From: Magallana gigas
Lineage: Eukaryota
Assembly: GCF_963853765.1 (NCBI RefSeq)
Contig: NC_088854.1
Location: 7,750,001 to 7,814,000, forward strand
DNA length: 64,000 nucleotides
Direction: 5' to 3'
Shown here: positions 24,001 through 36,500 of the stretch, one piece after another
How positions within the stretch are numbered: position 1 is the first letter of the stretch
Layout: the number at the start of each line of letters is the position of its first letter
Position numbers and translations under genes: made by a program
Notes under the pieces: generated by a model
Databases searched by the model: none
Told to the model about the DNA's origin: nothing
Seen by the model: the letters and a program-made list of their open reading frames with translations, nothing else

Positions 24001-27000
24001 ATGCTAATTTTTTTCAAATTAAACTGTTCTTTGAAAATAATTACGTTTTACAGACCTATCTGATTGAAAAACAAGAGGATTTACTGAAAGTAAAGCCATA
24101 CAAGGTAACCATTGTTTTTGTGGACTTCAACGAAAGAAACATTATTCTGGAAAATCCTGACACTGAGGTTGGAGATTGTAGGAGACTAACAACAGAGATT
24201 TTTCTTTCGAGTAAATGTAAGTCTTCAGTATAACTATCTTGAACTAAGACTGATTCTCAACTTACCATACCAAAAGTATTAGGTGTCTATCTGACCTTTT
24301 GTCTATCATCAGGATCTGTAAATTTTTCTGTCTATTCAACTTTTTCTTCAGAACCACAAAGGACTATATATGGTATGGGCCTAAAATGGCCCCCTAAAAG
24401 GAATATCATTATTTTACTGTAATTCTTTGTTTTCTTTGTACAGATATATATGTCGTGTTTTAACTTAATGTTCATTTTGATTCAAGTGCCCACAATTTAG
24501 AAATACGGCATTGTAAAGACAGCCTGTCCCCGCTATTTTTGCATTTTAGCATAAAAAAGCTTGTTTTCAAGAAGTTTTTCTTTCAGGAAACATAGAGCGC
24601 ATGCTTGAACCAACACATTATTTTAATCAGAGATGAATCTAGCCAAGACTAATAAGTGACAAATATTTTGTCCTGGTTCAAGCATGCGCTCTATATTTCC
24701 CATTCGTAAAAAGATGTGAAAAATGTCAATTTCGACTGATTTTGATTGAATGTTTGAAATAGCGTCACTTCTGACGTCATATACTGCAAGTGAGTGCAAA
24801 TAAATCAAACAAATAAGTGAAAAATATATTTTATATGAACTCTTCTAAATTATAACATAACATTTTATTGTAACCGAAATACTTTAAAAAATGGTGAATT
24901 ATGGGGGCCAAATTCAACTCTTATCATATATAGTTCTTTCAACCAAACTTGGCAGAAAACATCTATTGATGAAAAGTTGTATTTGTGAAAATAGACTTTT
25001 GTTACCATATTGTCAAGTGCATTTGGAATTAAATTTAATTAGAAAATATGTGCTTGAAATTAATGAGAGAGTATCCAAGTGTCTCCAGAGTCAGTACACT
25101 CTTTGTTAATTCATATAAGGTATAACATTTTTCCCTAAAAAAAACCCCTATTATAATTAAGAAGATAACTGACATACTAATGGTACAAGAACAAGCATGC
25201 TACAATTTGTATTATTTGAATGCAAACATCATGCTGTTGTTTACATGTAAGTTTGAGACCAGTAATAATTAAAGTTGTATTTGAGGCAAGATAGTATAGA
25301 TAGGGATGCAAATAAGAAAAATAAATTACTCATTATTCAAATGAGGTATTGGTCTCTTGTTATTTACTCATTATTCAAGTGAGGTATGTGCCTCTTGTTA
25401 TTATAATTGCTTTGCTATAGTTAGGTGTTGGCTCACCAAGATGAAGGCAGGGAGAGCTTTTGGTATACCCTTGGTGTTGGGGTCCTGTTAATTTTTTTTA
25501 AGCAAGCTCTTATATAAGTTATTACTGGTTCTAACGTTACCAGACTCGCATGGATGGTGCATCTGGGCATACTTAAGGACTAAATAGAATTGGATGCTTA
25601 ATCTGAGTCATGAACTTCAGATGCTGGAGGAGGTAAGTTTTTTGGAGCAGGTTAAAGTTTTTGGAACAGGTGCCCTTTGATGGCGGCATATGTAAATTAT
25701 TGCTGGACCAGGTTCTTTCTTCACAAAACATAGTTACATGGATGGTACATCTTATGATACTGATCAACCTGGGGCTTCAATGCTGAATCTGAGCCTTAGG
25801 TTTTGGATGCTTGAGGAAATTTTGGTTTTTGGAGAAGGTTAAAGTCTTTGATGACCATATCTTAGTTATAACTGGTCTTATTTCAGGGAATGTGGATGGA
25901 TGATGCATCTTGTAATACTAATGTTCTTGACAGGCTTGGATTCTAAATCTTACACAGTTTAGGATGCTGATGCTAAAGTTTTTGGAGTAGGTCACATATC
26001 ATGGAAAACTTATTCAAACTTGCATGGTTGATTTATCTATGTGAACGAATTAAAGATCTAGCATAAAATACAGACAGTGATCTTGATTGGTTTAAGATTT
26101 TAGAGCAACTCAAAGTGTATTAGAATCTTGGAGATGGTTACATATTGAAGTAAATCCTGATTATACCCCATTCAGATGTGTACAGTTTATGATATAAATC
26201 TGATCTTGATTATAAAGGATGTTAAGAAAACGTGGTCCTTCAGACTCCTTCCTCAATTCAAAATTGCTTTATAGATGTGATTGTTGATATATTATAATAT
26301 CTTATAATTATAATACATCATATTTAGTTATTTAAGGAATGAATTTAATCTAATTTTTAACTATGTTATATGATTTAACACAATTTGGGCAGTTTTGGCT
26401 TTTTTAACCACAAAGCGATTTATAAAAAAAGCGTAAACTGTCCCAACTTATGTTATACTTGTATAACATAGTTTGAAATTAAATTTATTCCTTATGATTT
26501 AATTTTCTACTACTAAAATCAGAAGAAATTTACATTTTCCAGTGCCTTTGCCTGTGATAACACTACGTATTGATTTTGTACTATATAACCCATAACTTCA
26601 AATGACGCCAAATTGAGGCGCCAGTGGGGTTTGCTTATTTATATTTAAATATTTAATCGTACGATGGCTTAAAATTATATAAATATAAGTAATAAGGAAT
26701 CATTCTTAGAATTTTATGAGGTGATAATTTCAGTTGGGGGTGATCAAATATATCCCAAAGCCCTTCGGGCTTTATTGGATCTGATCATGCCCCAACCAAA
26801 ATTATCACCTCATAATACTCAAAGAATGATTATACCTCATTTGGGTCAGCTCTGTTTTCTTTGATTATAGTGTACATACTAGTGTTTTTTTGGTGATAAA
26901 TTAAAATAAAGCATACTTTTGTTTGTTTAGGTGATGTGTTTGTGGTTTACTGCAAAGATAGAGACTCCCAGTCTCTGCCACCAAATCAACTTTACAACAC

Positions 27001-27130
27001 CAAGCTGCATTCAGTTAAACAGCAGCCAATACTGTCCAAACTGAGTAAAGAAAACAGAGTGTTCTCTGTTAATAAAGCTTTACTTCCCCAACAAGCACAG
27101 CTTTTGGAGAACTGTTTCAAACTACTGTAA
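18043..27130 (+). CDS. Uncharacterised 2TM coiled-coil protein with C-terminal alpha/beta (TIR/SEFIR-like?) domain, paralogue 1, ~547 aa
   Basis: Exons 18043-18317, 19343-19830, 20036-20242, 23013-23182, 23817-23957, 24054-24216 and 26931-27130 total 1644 nt in frame. TM1 is FWILIGTFLAFQLMTVAYFI, TM2 is LYIILFLVVVVIAVIFAS, and the core motif is VFVDFNERNIILENPDTEVGD...CDVFVVY. Confidence 0.85.
18446..18656. mobile_element. Possible TA-flanked MITE (TACTGT...ACAGTA) in paralogue 1 intron 1
   Basis: Short inverted termini next to a (TA)n run. Confidence 0.4.
21112..22053 (+). mobile_element. Helentron/HINE-like non-autonomous element with ~5 internal 161-bp tandem repeats
   Basis: 5' TTATGCCCCCC...GGGAGGGCAT hairpin, (GTCT/GTCA)n microsatellite, units starting at about 21221, 21382, 21543, 21705 and 21864, and 3' GGGGGGCATACG. 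This layout is known for bivalve satellite-bearing Helitron-related elements. Confidence 0.8.
24365..24932. mobile_element. ~570-bp TA-flanked MITE in paralogue 1 intron 6
   Basis: Imperfect ~30-bp TIRs: TATATGGTATGGGCCTAAAATGGCCCCC and GGGGGCCAAATTCAACTCTTATCATATA. Confidence 0.65.
26332..26840. mobile_element. Hairpin-bearing non-autonomous element (possibly Crypton-like)
   Basis: Long imperfect palindrome (~26690-26835) centred on AAAGCCCTTCGGGCTTT (26757-26773), plus a second inverted repeat at ~26332-26495. Confidence 0.55.
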
Positions 27131-27446
27131 ATTTGCTAATTGTGCTGTGGATTAAAAAAAATATAAATAATAATTTTGATTATTGTGATTTTGTGTTGGG
27201 AATTTTTTTTATTCATATCATGTTGATTTTTATGATGAAAGTTATTTTTGGATGGAGGACTGCACCAAGTATAAAAGTAGCTTATAATGTTGTGACCAGG
27301 AAATAATTTTTTTTAATGTAATAAATAAATATTTCACCAAGATCTTATTCATATTGCTTTTGAAACTTATGATTAATTTTTTCCTTTTCTGTAAAAATAG
27401 TTTGTGGGTAATCAAAGCTCCATATAGGTTATTATACAATCATTAA

Positions 27447-27938
27447 AAGGGCATGGTCACGATTTTGGTCAAATTTTATTTTTCTGTTTTTATTATTTAC
27501 AATGCTTTATATATGCATTTCTAATGATAAAAAAAAATTTGGGTGCCCGTCGATGAATTTTAAGCAAGTTACAGGGCTCACAATTCTTCGTCATGTAAAC
27601 AAGGCTAGTGCCCTGTTTTTGTTTACATAGGTTCAATATACCAGTAAAAATCTTTTCCAAGATGATTTGTCTGTACTCTTATTCATTTTAAGCATAAATA
27701 AACAGTTCCTAACAATCAACATATTCATTTCAGGTTCAAAACTGGAATGTTCACTTCAACATTCAAAATGTAAACAAAAGCTTTGTTTACATAGCGTGGG
27801 ATGGTAAGCTCTGTAACTCGCTTCTAACTCAACAAATGAGACTCAAATTTTGGTTGATTACTTAAAATGCCTTACTGAAACATTATAAACATTTAAATTG
27901 AAAAAATAATTTTTGACCAAAATCGTGACCATGCCCCT
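27447..27938. mobile_element. Kolobok-like TTAA MITE, same family as 15120-15621, opposite orientation
   Basis: TTAA|AAGGGCATGGTCACGATTTTGGTC ... GACCAAAATCGTGACCATGCCCCT|TTAA. Confidence 0.85.
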
Positions 27939-28618
27939 TTAAATGAATTCTAATTGATACAATTTCTTTAGAAGTTTGATACTTTGAAATAAATGCAGAG
28001 AATAACTTGCTGATATGTGCGTAATTTTTTTCCCAACAGTAACCAACTATTTTGCTTCAAAATGGTCCAAACTTATGGAATATGCTTTTCAAAAATGACA
28101 TTGTACAGTTTGGCTTCAAAGCTTCAAACTCATAATTACATAATAAAAGGAAGCTGTATAACAAGTTGCCAGGGGTAAAATGTTTTTGATTCGTCCGTCA
28201 GTCAGTGACCCCTAACCAATAATGGGGCCCCAAGAGGGGTTCAAAGTTTAACATAGATATATTTAGGGAAAATGTTTAAAAATCTTCTTTAGAACTACAA
28301 TGCATAAATTTGTGTTATTAATCGTCAATATGTTTACTCTATTTAACGCGACATCTAGAAATCACGTGACATGGCAATAAAATTTCATATTCCCCTGTCA
28401 TCGTCATATTTTTCATCATTTCCTACCGCTTTGAGTTTTCATTCTATGCTTTTGAAAAATTCCGATGATGAGCATACGATGTAATTGAATGATTAATTTC
28501 GTTAGAAATCGTTTTAAAATCCTTTTCATATCAGAAACCTGTCATAGAAAGAAACTGGTAAACATTAACTACGTTATTGCTTTACTAGAATTGAAAAACG
28601 ATTACTTAGAAACCGATG

Positions 28619-28940
28619 TATTATATAAATAGTGCCTGTTTGGGAGGGTAACAGTTGAAATTGACACCAATTGAGGGGTGTCAATTTCAACTGTTATCCT
28701 CCCAAACAGACACTATTTATTTTGTTATACTGAATGTCTTAATTTTAAGAAAATTTTACTGCTTTAATATAGGAATAACGTGAATTCTACAGCGAACCGT
28801 ATGCGCATAATTTTCGCGCATGTAACATTTTTTAATGTTACCCGTTGCTAAGTGCGTTGCTAACGCTGAGGGTAATAGAAAATATTATCAACTGCGTCTT
28901 AACCAATCAGATTTCAGTATTTAACATGAAAGTATAACAA
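28619..28940 (-). mobile_element. Hairpin element, reverse-oriented copy of 60019-60393 with deleted hairpin tip
   Basis: Near-identical to the reverse complement of 60019-60393. The central ~53 bp of the hairpin is replaced by AATTGA. Confidence 0.85.
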
Positions 28941-29448
28941 TCTAAATTATCACCTGTCGTTCGATATAAATTATGAGGGAAATATGAAGATTTATTCCTC
29001 CATGAAAAATCATATTTCCCGGGGCAAAATATGTTTTTTTATTAGATATAAATCTTCATATTTCCGTCACAATTATGCTAAGAAATATATGATATTGCTA
29101 TGCAAGCATACTAAGATAGTGTTAAACCCTGACTCCCTAAACAATACTGGGGCCTCGAGAGGGTTCACGGTTCAATATAGAAATGTACGTGTATTAGGAA
29201 AATGTTTTAAAAAAACAAACCAATACTACAATTTGTGATATGTAATTTTTTTCAAACCGTGACCCCCCAGGCTAATACTGGAACCCTAAGAGAGTTTAAA
29301 GTTCAGTATATATAAAGAGATACAGGGAAAATGTTTTAAAATCTTTTTTTAAGAAACACAGTGCTAAGCTTAGTTACATTAAGTGAACTTTGTAAGCATC
29401 CTCATATCCTTATCTCATAATATCAAGGTCACAGCAACCCCTTTCATT

Positions 29449-30320
29449 TTTATACCCCCCGCAAACAAAGTTTGGGGGGTATATAGGAATCACCCTGTCC
29501 GTCTGTCTGTGCAATCGTGTCCGGTCCATATCTTTCTTATGGAGAAACATTGGAAGTTCTTACTTCACACAAAGATTGCTGATGACCTAAGGGTGTGTCA
29601 TGACCTTGACCCAAGGTCATTCAGGCAAGGTCAAGGTCACTGGCAGAAAAAATGCAAAATTCGTGTCCAGTCCATATCTTTCTTATGGAGAAACATTGGA
29701 GGTTCTTACTTCACACAAAGATTGCTTATGACCTAAGGGTGTGTCATGACCATCACGTAAGGTCATTCAGGCAAGGTCAAGGTCACTGGCAGAAAAAATG
29801 CAAAATTCGTGTCCGGTCCATATCTTTCTTATAGAGAAACATTGACATTGGAAGATCCTACTTCGCACAAAGATTGCTTATGACCTAAGGGTGTGTAATG
29901 ACCTTGACCCAAGGTCATTCGTGCAAGTTCAAGGTCACTGGCAGAAAAAATCCAAAATTTGTGTCCGGTCCATATCTTTCTTATGGAGAAATATTGGAAG
30001 TTTTTACTTCACACAAAGATTGCTTATGACTTTAGGGTGTGTCATGACCTTGACCCAAGGTCATTTGTGCAAGGTCAAGGTCACTGGCAGAAAAAATGCA
30101 AAATTCGTGTCCGGTCCATATCTTCCTTATGGAGAAGCATTGAATGTTCTTACTTCACATAAATATTGCTTATGACGTTAGGGTGTGTCTTGACCTTGAC
30201 CCAAGGTCAATTGAGGAAGTTCAAGGTCATTGTTTCGAAAATGCTAAATTTTGTCTGTGCCATTTCTTGTATTAATGGAAATATTAGAAGCTAAAATTTG
30301 ACACAAAGCTTGCTCTTCTC
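29449..30320 (+). mobile_element. Helentron/HINE-like element with ~5 internal 146-bp tandem repeats
   Basis: 5' TTTTATACCCCCGCAAACAAAGTTTGGGGGGTATA hairpin, (GTCT)n, and units at 29515, 29661, 29807, 29959 and 30105. A likely 3' end (GCGGGGGGTATC..GCTCACAGT..TCTAGTT) lies at ~31120-31155. Confidence 0.8.
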
Positions 30321-30459
30321 AGGCCATATAAAATTATTTTTAGATTTTCATCCCCATTTCTCTGAAAATGGCCTGCCCCGATGAAATTTTTATTTGGTAA
30401 AAAAATGTGTGGAAAAAAAATTTCGGAAAAAAATCGGGCTCAGTATACCAATAATTCAA

Positions 30460-30839
30460 AATAATTTAATTCTGGTTGTAACGCGGCATTTGATTGGATA
30501 GAAAAATTAAGTTTAATTTGTATAACCTGGTTTGCACGTCACAAGACACGTCACAATGCACTAACGTCAAAAACGTACTAATCCGCTTGACGTTACGTTT
30601 GAATTTTGAACAGATTAATATCATTTCTAAAAGTAAACGGACTCAATTTGTACAGCAAATTACAGAAAATTAAATTATAAGAAATGAACTCAATAGCTAC
30701 CCAAGTTATACGAGTATAACCTGGGTTGGAGCAATTTACGCTTTTTTTATAATCCGCTTCGCGGATTATAAAGCGTAAATTGCCCCAACCCAGGTTATAC
30801 TCGTATAACTTGGGTAGACATTGAGTTCATTTCTTAAAT
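30460..30839. mobile_element. ~380-bp element ending in a long (~75-bp arm) hairpin, copy 1
   Basis: AAGAAATGAACTCAAT...ATAATCCGCTTCGCGGATTAT...TTGAGTTCATTTCTT palindrome. Near-identical to 31223-31582. Confidence 0.85.
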
Positions 30840-31222
30840 GTTTAAATATTAAATGGCTGCTTGACATGTGGATTCCGTTTGATTCGTGTTTGATTTGAGT
30901 CATAGTTGTTAAAGGAAGGATGCAAATGTCCTCATGCATCACTGAACGGTTAACTTAAAATAAAATGGAATTAAAGGATAGATATTGGTTTGTTTACTCC
31001 TATTAGCATAAACAGTTTTAAAAAATAGAGCAGTTGTTATTTATAGAAAATGGTCAGTGAAATAGATTCATCCAATATTTTCTATAATAGCAAAAATACA
31101 CGCGTTATGATTTTTTCTTAGCGGGGGGTATCAGTTGTGAGCTTGCTCACAGTACCTCTAGTTCTAATTATTTTAAGTTCATTTTAGAACTTCGTTATCT
31201 TTAATACGTTAAGGCATATGAT

Positions 31223-31582
31223 AATAATTTAATTCTGGTTGTAACGCGGCATTTGATTGGATAGAAAAATTTAGTTAAATTTGTATAACCTGGTTTGCAC
31301 GTCACAAGACGCGTCACAATGCACCAACGTACTAATTCACTTGACGTTACGTTTGAATTTTGAACATATTTATATCATTTTTAAAAGTAAAACGGACTCA
31401 ATTTGTACAGCAAATTCCAGAAAATTAAATTATAAGGAATGAACTCAATGTCTACCCAAGTTATACTCGTATAACCTGGGTTGGGGCAATTTACGCTTTA
31501 TAATCCGCTTATAAAGCGTAAATTGCCCCAACCCAGGTTATACGAGTATAACTTGGGTAGACATTGAGTTCATTTCTTAAAT
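31223..31582. mobile_element. Same hairpin element, copy 2 (direct orientation, 8-bp deletion at hairpin tip)
   Basis: Aligns end to end with 30460-30839. The tip reads ATAATCCGCTTATAAAG. Confidence 0.85.
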
Positions 31583-33201
31583 AAAACTGGTCAGCTGATG
31601 CATCTTAGATCTTAGGATATCATGTCAAAAAAGTAGGCTTCTTTCGCATATGTTTAATGTCTTATCAAATCTTGGAATATATTTACGATTTTTACGACAT
31701 TTTTATAATTAAACATTTCGAAATAGAATGATACAAGAACTATTGTTAAGGTGAGCAATGTGGCCCATGGGGGTCTTGTTAGATAAATATTCAAATTTAT
31801 TTGCACTAAGACAAAGCCCGAGAATAAGTGTAATAGGAGTTCAGATCATTTTATAAAATTTACAAGGAAAATCACTCGACAACTGATAATCAGGTGTGCA
31901 GTGATAGCCAGATATTGAGAGACCCAAATTTAGAGATATGAATGTAGGCCTGCTGAGACGGAGAAGAAATACTTCCCCGTGATCTTCAAAATTTGTGTAT
32001 ATCTTTAACTTAAAAACCGAAGGTAGGTTATATTTTTTTTATATATATAATTCATAATAATTTATCGTTCACTTGTTCTTGTTTTAGAAAACGTGACTTA
32101 AAATTGGTTGCAAGTCATATGGTATGTAATTACTATAAGGAGCAAAAATCAAAAAGGTTACCTAGTATGCGCGAATGTTTAATCTTATCATCAAACCTTT
32201 ATGTTGGTGATAAGAAAGATAAAGGCCAACGTCTTTATTTTTGCACTATATTCAATAATGTGCACGCAAACCTTTACTATGACCTTGATTTTTTTTTTAT
32301 ATTGGAGGAGTATCTAGTCTTGTCGAATAATAATTGTTAAATTTTAGAATAAACAAAACAGATTTTGGACCAAATATATGTGACCGCAAATATTTCTTTA
32401 AAAATGAATGAATCAAGAATACAATCATTCATTAAAAATTTAAAATATACTCTTCAATCATGCATGAAATGTGAATATACAGGTATCAGACGTTCATATG
32501 TACGTTCATGCCGGGATGGTAACATTTTCGAATCTCATTGACAAGAATTCAAGAGTAATAATCCAAGAATTGTATTCCGATTTATTATTGCAAAAAGATG
32601 TTCAATGAAACGCATCAATTTTATTATTTCATTATCTTTTTTTTATTTCTGCAACAAAGGGTTAAAAAATAGAATGAAGATGTTCCTCTTTATATGGTTA
32701 AAGTAGGCTAGTTTTGTATGAAAACGAAAAGAAAAGAAATCGTTTGCATTTTTGTAATAAATGTAAAGATTGAAACAAAGATAAGAAATACATGTATATG
32801 GTAAAAGTTTCTTTTTTTTATATTAACATGTCTGCAATCATCTTGCAATTGTGTAATACAAAAACAGTACTAACTATTTCTTTGAATTTAAAAAATGGGG
32901 TTCTTAATTTTTTTTTCTTTTGATGGGTATTTTTACTGTACAATTAATATATTTTCTAAAAAGAGTTTTGTATAAAAACATTTTACGGGAATTCATAACT
33001 ATGAATAACTTTAAGTTAATTTATTCAAATAATTGTTGGTGCGTATTATTTCCTTAATTTCAACTCGAAATCGGTTGATCATACTTAACAAGGGTATATA
33101 GCAGCATTCGCACACTTTCACAATTCAATCCCTACCAATTGTTTTTGTAGAGTACTCCTTGATAATATCAAGTGACATTTTAACGTCGTAGAAGTTTGGA
33201 G

Positions 33202-33458
33202 ATGAGGGGAAACAGAGGGAAATCTAGAAGTAGCAGCTCTGTACCAAATGAATCCAAGAAAAGTCCAACGACTTCCACTCATAAAAATAGCCCTGACGAC
33301 TGGTCTTCTTCAGCCCCAAAATCAGAGGCTTCGACAGAAAACAAATCTCAACGAATAGACATAAAACCTCTGGGAAAACTACCTGACGGATTTCTAAATG
33401 AGCAGAAGTTTTATATCCAATTGGTAGTCTTACTGGTTTTGCAACTGTATGTATTCAC

Positions 33459-33501
<43 letters not shown>

Positions 33502-36500
33502 ATGAATATATCTCTTTATTTTAACTAAAGGTAAATCTAAACTAAAGCTTGTTTAAAAGCAACTAATTTGTCTTCGGATACAACTGTAAGTCAGACAGGA
33601 CCGACTTTATGCCATGCATGATATATATACATGTTCTAGCGATTCATGCAAAATGTGTCAGTCCTTCATAGGAAAAAGGCATTTGCATATGCTAGAAAAC
33701 TTTTGACTTGAAAGGGAAATGGCCATGAAGTAAAAACTGTCAAATAGTTTTTCTTTCAATGCTTCACATATATGTTTATAATAGTTACCTAACATTCAAA
33801 ACTCAAGTTATGAGCGAGATAAAGAGCTCAAAATGGTTTGTACAAGTTTAAGATTTTTGAGAGAAGTCACAATGTCGACAAAAAAGCAAACGCACACAAC
33901 AAACAAGACACGTTTAAGCCATTTTGGTAAATAAAAGTAAACATGTAGTGACCTTGGAATGACCATGCATGGGAGCCGCGTAGCATCTAATCGACTTGTG
34001 TGAGGATAGCATGAATCCCTGCAGAACCCTAGGATTTACATCTTATCATTTGTTTTTCAGAATAACAGTTCCGATAGTAAATCTTTTAATGAAAAGCGAC
34101 AACGTGGAAAAATGTATTGAAACTGTTGAAAGGAAACTTTATCCTAGACAAGAGAAATTCTTCGAATTAGATAAAAAGTTTACTGTGACAGAAAACAAAT
34201 TGTCAGAGCTGGAAAAACTGCTCCACGAGAACTATTTCACTGGACTGTTAGATAAGGAATGGGAGAAGAGGAAAGTATTATTGACAAAAGAATTAGAAAA
34301 GAAACACGCTATTTTGAATGATATTGTGGATAACGAGCTGAAAAACGTTTATGAAAAGATCACAGATGTATTTCAACAGATTACCACTCATAAAAAAGAA
34401 TTTGATGATAAACTCAACGAGAGAGGTAATTCATTTATAAAATGTGACTAAATACGTTGTGAGGTTACTCGCAATTAACTTTGCTTAAAAAACTGTATAA
34501 GCTTACTTATTTCATATTACATATAACTTTACATCATGTCAATGAGCTTTGATTGCTATATTTTGTTCGACATCATAATAAGAATTTTTTAGCCGAAGAG
34601 CGACTACAATAGATTGCATATAGCAATGACAAAGCCTATTGATATGGTGTACTTTCTGTAACTACCATTATGACTCCAGACCAATGACAAATTGTCTCAC
34701 ATTCCAGGAGTTAATCAAAGATTAGCAAAGTAATATAGAATTGGAAGGAATAAAATCTTCTGAATAACATTTTAACAATTTTTGATATTGTAATACATGA
34801 AAGTGTCCTGATAAAGTAAAAATGCTATATTGTTAAAACCATTTTCAATCTATAGTCCTTTGAAGTAGTGCATCGTTTTACATGTACAGTGTATATAGGA
34901 ACAAACTTAGTGGAGGTAAAACTTTTCAACAATTTCCTCTTTAAAATATCAATCTTGCAATAAGTGATATAAAATATCATCATGATAATGTGTAGTGTAA
35001 AGTTTATCGATTGAGTCCCATGTGTTGCAATAAGTGATATATAATATCATCATGATAATGTGTAGTGTAAAGTTTATCGATTGAGTCCCATGTGTTGCAA
35101 TAAGTGATATATAATATCACCATGATAATGTGTAGTGTAAAGTTTATCGATTGAGTCCCATGTGTTGGTATTTGATATATAATATCATCATGATAATGTG
35201 TAGTGTAAAGTTTATCGATTGAGTCCCATGTGTTGGTATTTGATATATAATATCATCATGATAATGTGTAGTGTAAAGTTTATCGATTGAGTCCCATGTG
35301 TTGGCATTTGATATATAATATCATCATGATAATGTGTAGTGTAAAGTGTATCGATTGAGTCCCATGTGTTGGCATTTGATATATAATATCATCATGATAA
35401 TGTGTCGTGTAAAGTTTATCGATTGAGTCCCATGTGTTGGCATTTGATATAAGAGAGGTGGATGGTCTCAGCTATGTATAAAGAAATGCATGTAGGAACA
35501 TTTTCAAATTTTAATGATAAAATGTATTATATTTAAAAGCTAACGACAGAATTGATGGTTAATTAGACGAACACACAGGCTCTTTGATATCTCTTTCATA
35601 ATGTGCTTATAAAAACGGGATCAAAAGAAAAAAAGGCTATTCATATTTGAAACAAATATTGATGCATCACTTAATGGTAAACCTGAAAAACAATAGTACC
35701 CGGTATTTACGGTAAATTTCATGTGATAAGAGGGGATGTAACTTTTGTATAAAATGGCAAAATTACTTTATACAGTACTATTCAATTGAATTATATTACC
35801 GCTAATGAAGTATTACTTGATGCGTTGTCGATTGATGATCTGATATTGTACACTCCCGCAGCTGTGCCATTTGGAGTTCTATAATTAAAAAAATTGCCCC
35901 TTCTTTTGTTGATCATATGTAAAAATCTTAGAAAATATCCACCTTATACTAAATGTCAAATATATTTATGATATACTTACTTATTTGATTACCAGTAAAC
36001 ATACATGTATATGTTATCGGAAATAAGTATATCTAATGAATTAAAATGTGTTTTCTCAATTCTTTTAGAGGTACTTTTGAAAGGCAATATGGAAGTCACA
36101 CTTGAGGAGGAAATAAAAAATGTAACTCAAAAAATGAAAAATAAACATTCAAATTTGACTAAAATAGTCGAAGATATAGAATACAGACTTGCTGAAGTTA
36201 AAGAGCAGATGGAATCTTTCTCGGTCGACATGAGAAGTGCAATGGAAACAATTTATAAGGAAGTTAAAGGAAAGCAATCAGAAATGGAGACGAAAATAAA
36301 ATTGAATGAAGGTACTCTTGAAATAGTAAATGAAAGGATGTATTGTTTCTCCAACAAAACTAAAGTATTAAGGAGGGAGACAGAAAGATTGGATGCGAGT
36401 TCTTCAAAACTTAACAGAAAAATGAAATCTAATGAAAAGAAAATTATTGAAATCAATAGACAATTATATTTTAACTCCAAAAAAGTTAACGACCAAATAA

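Noticed and set aside
21079-30175. ORFs at 21079-21729 and 29383-30175 with repeated peptides
   Set aside because: They lie wholly within 161-bp and 146-bp satellite monomers of non-autonomous elements and appear in several frames.
34955-35451. Possible CRISPR-like array (also considered for 3015-3147 and 29515-30250)
   Set aside because: The units are contiguous tandem repeats with no unique spacers, there are no cas genes, and the context is eukaryotic and intronic.
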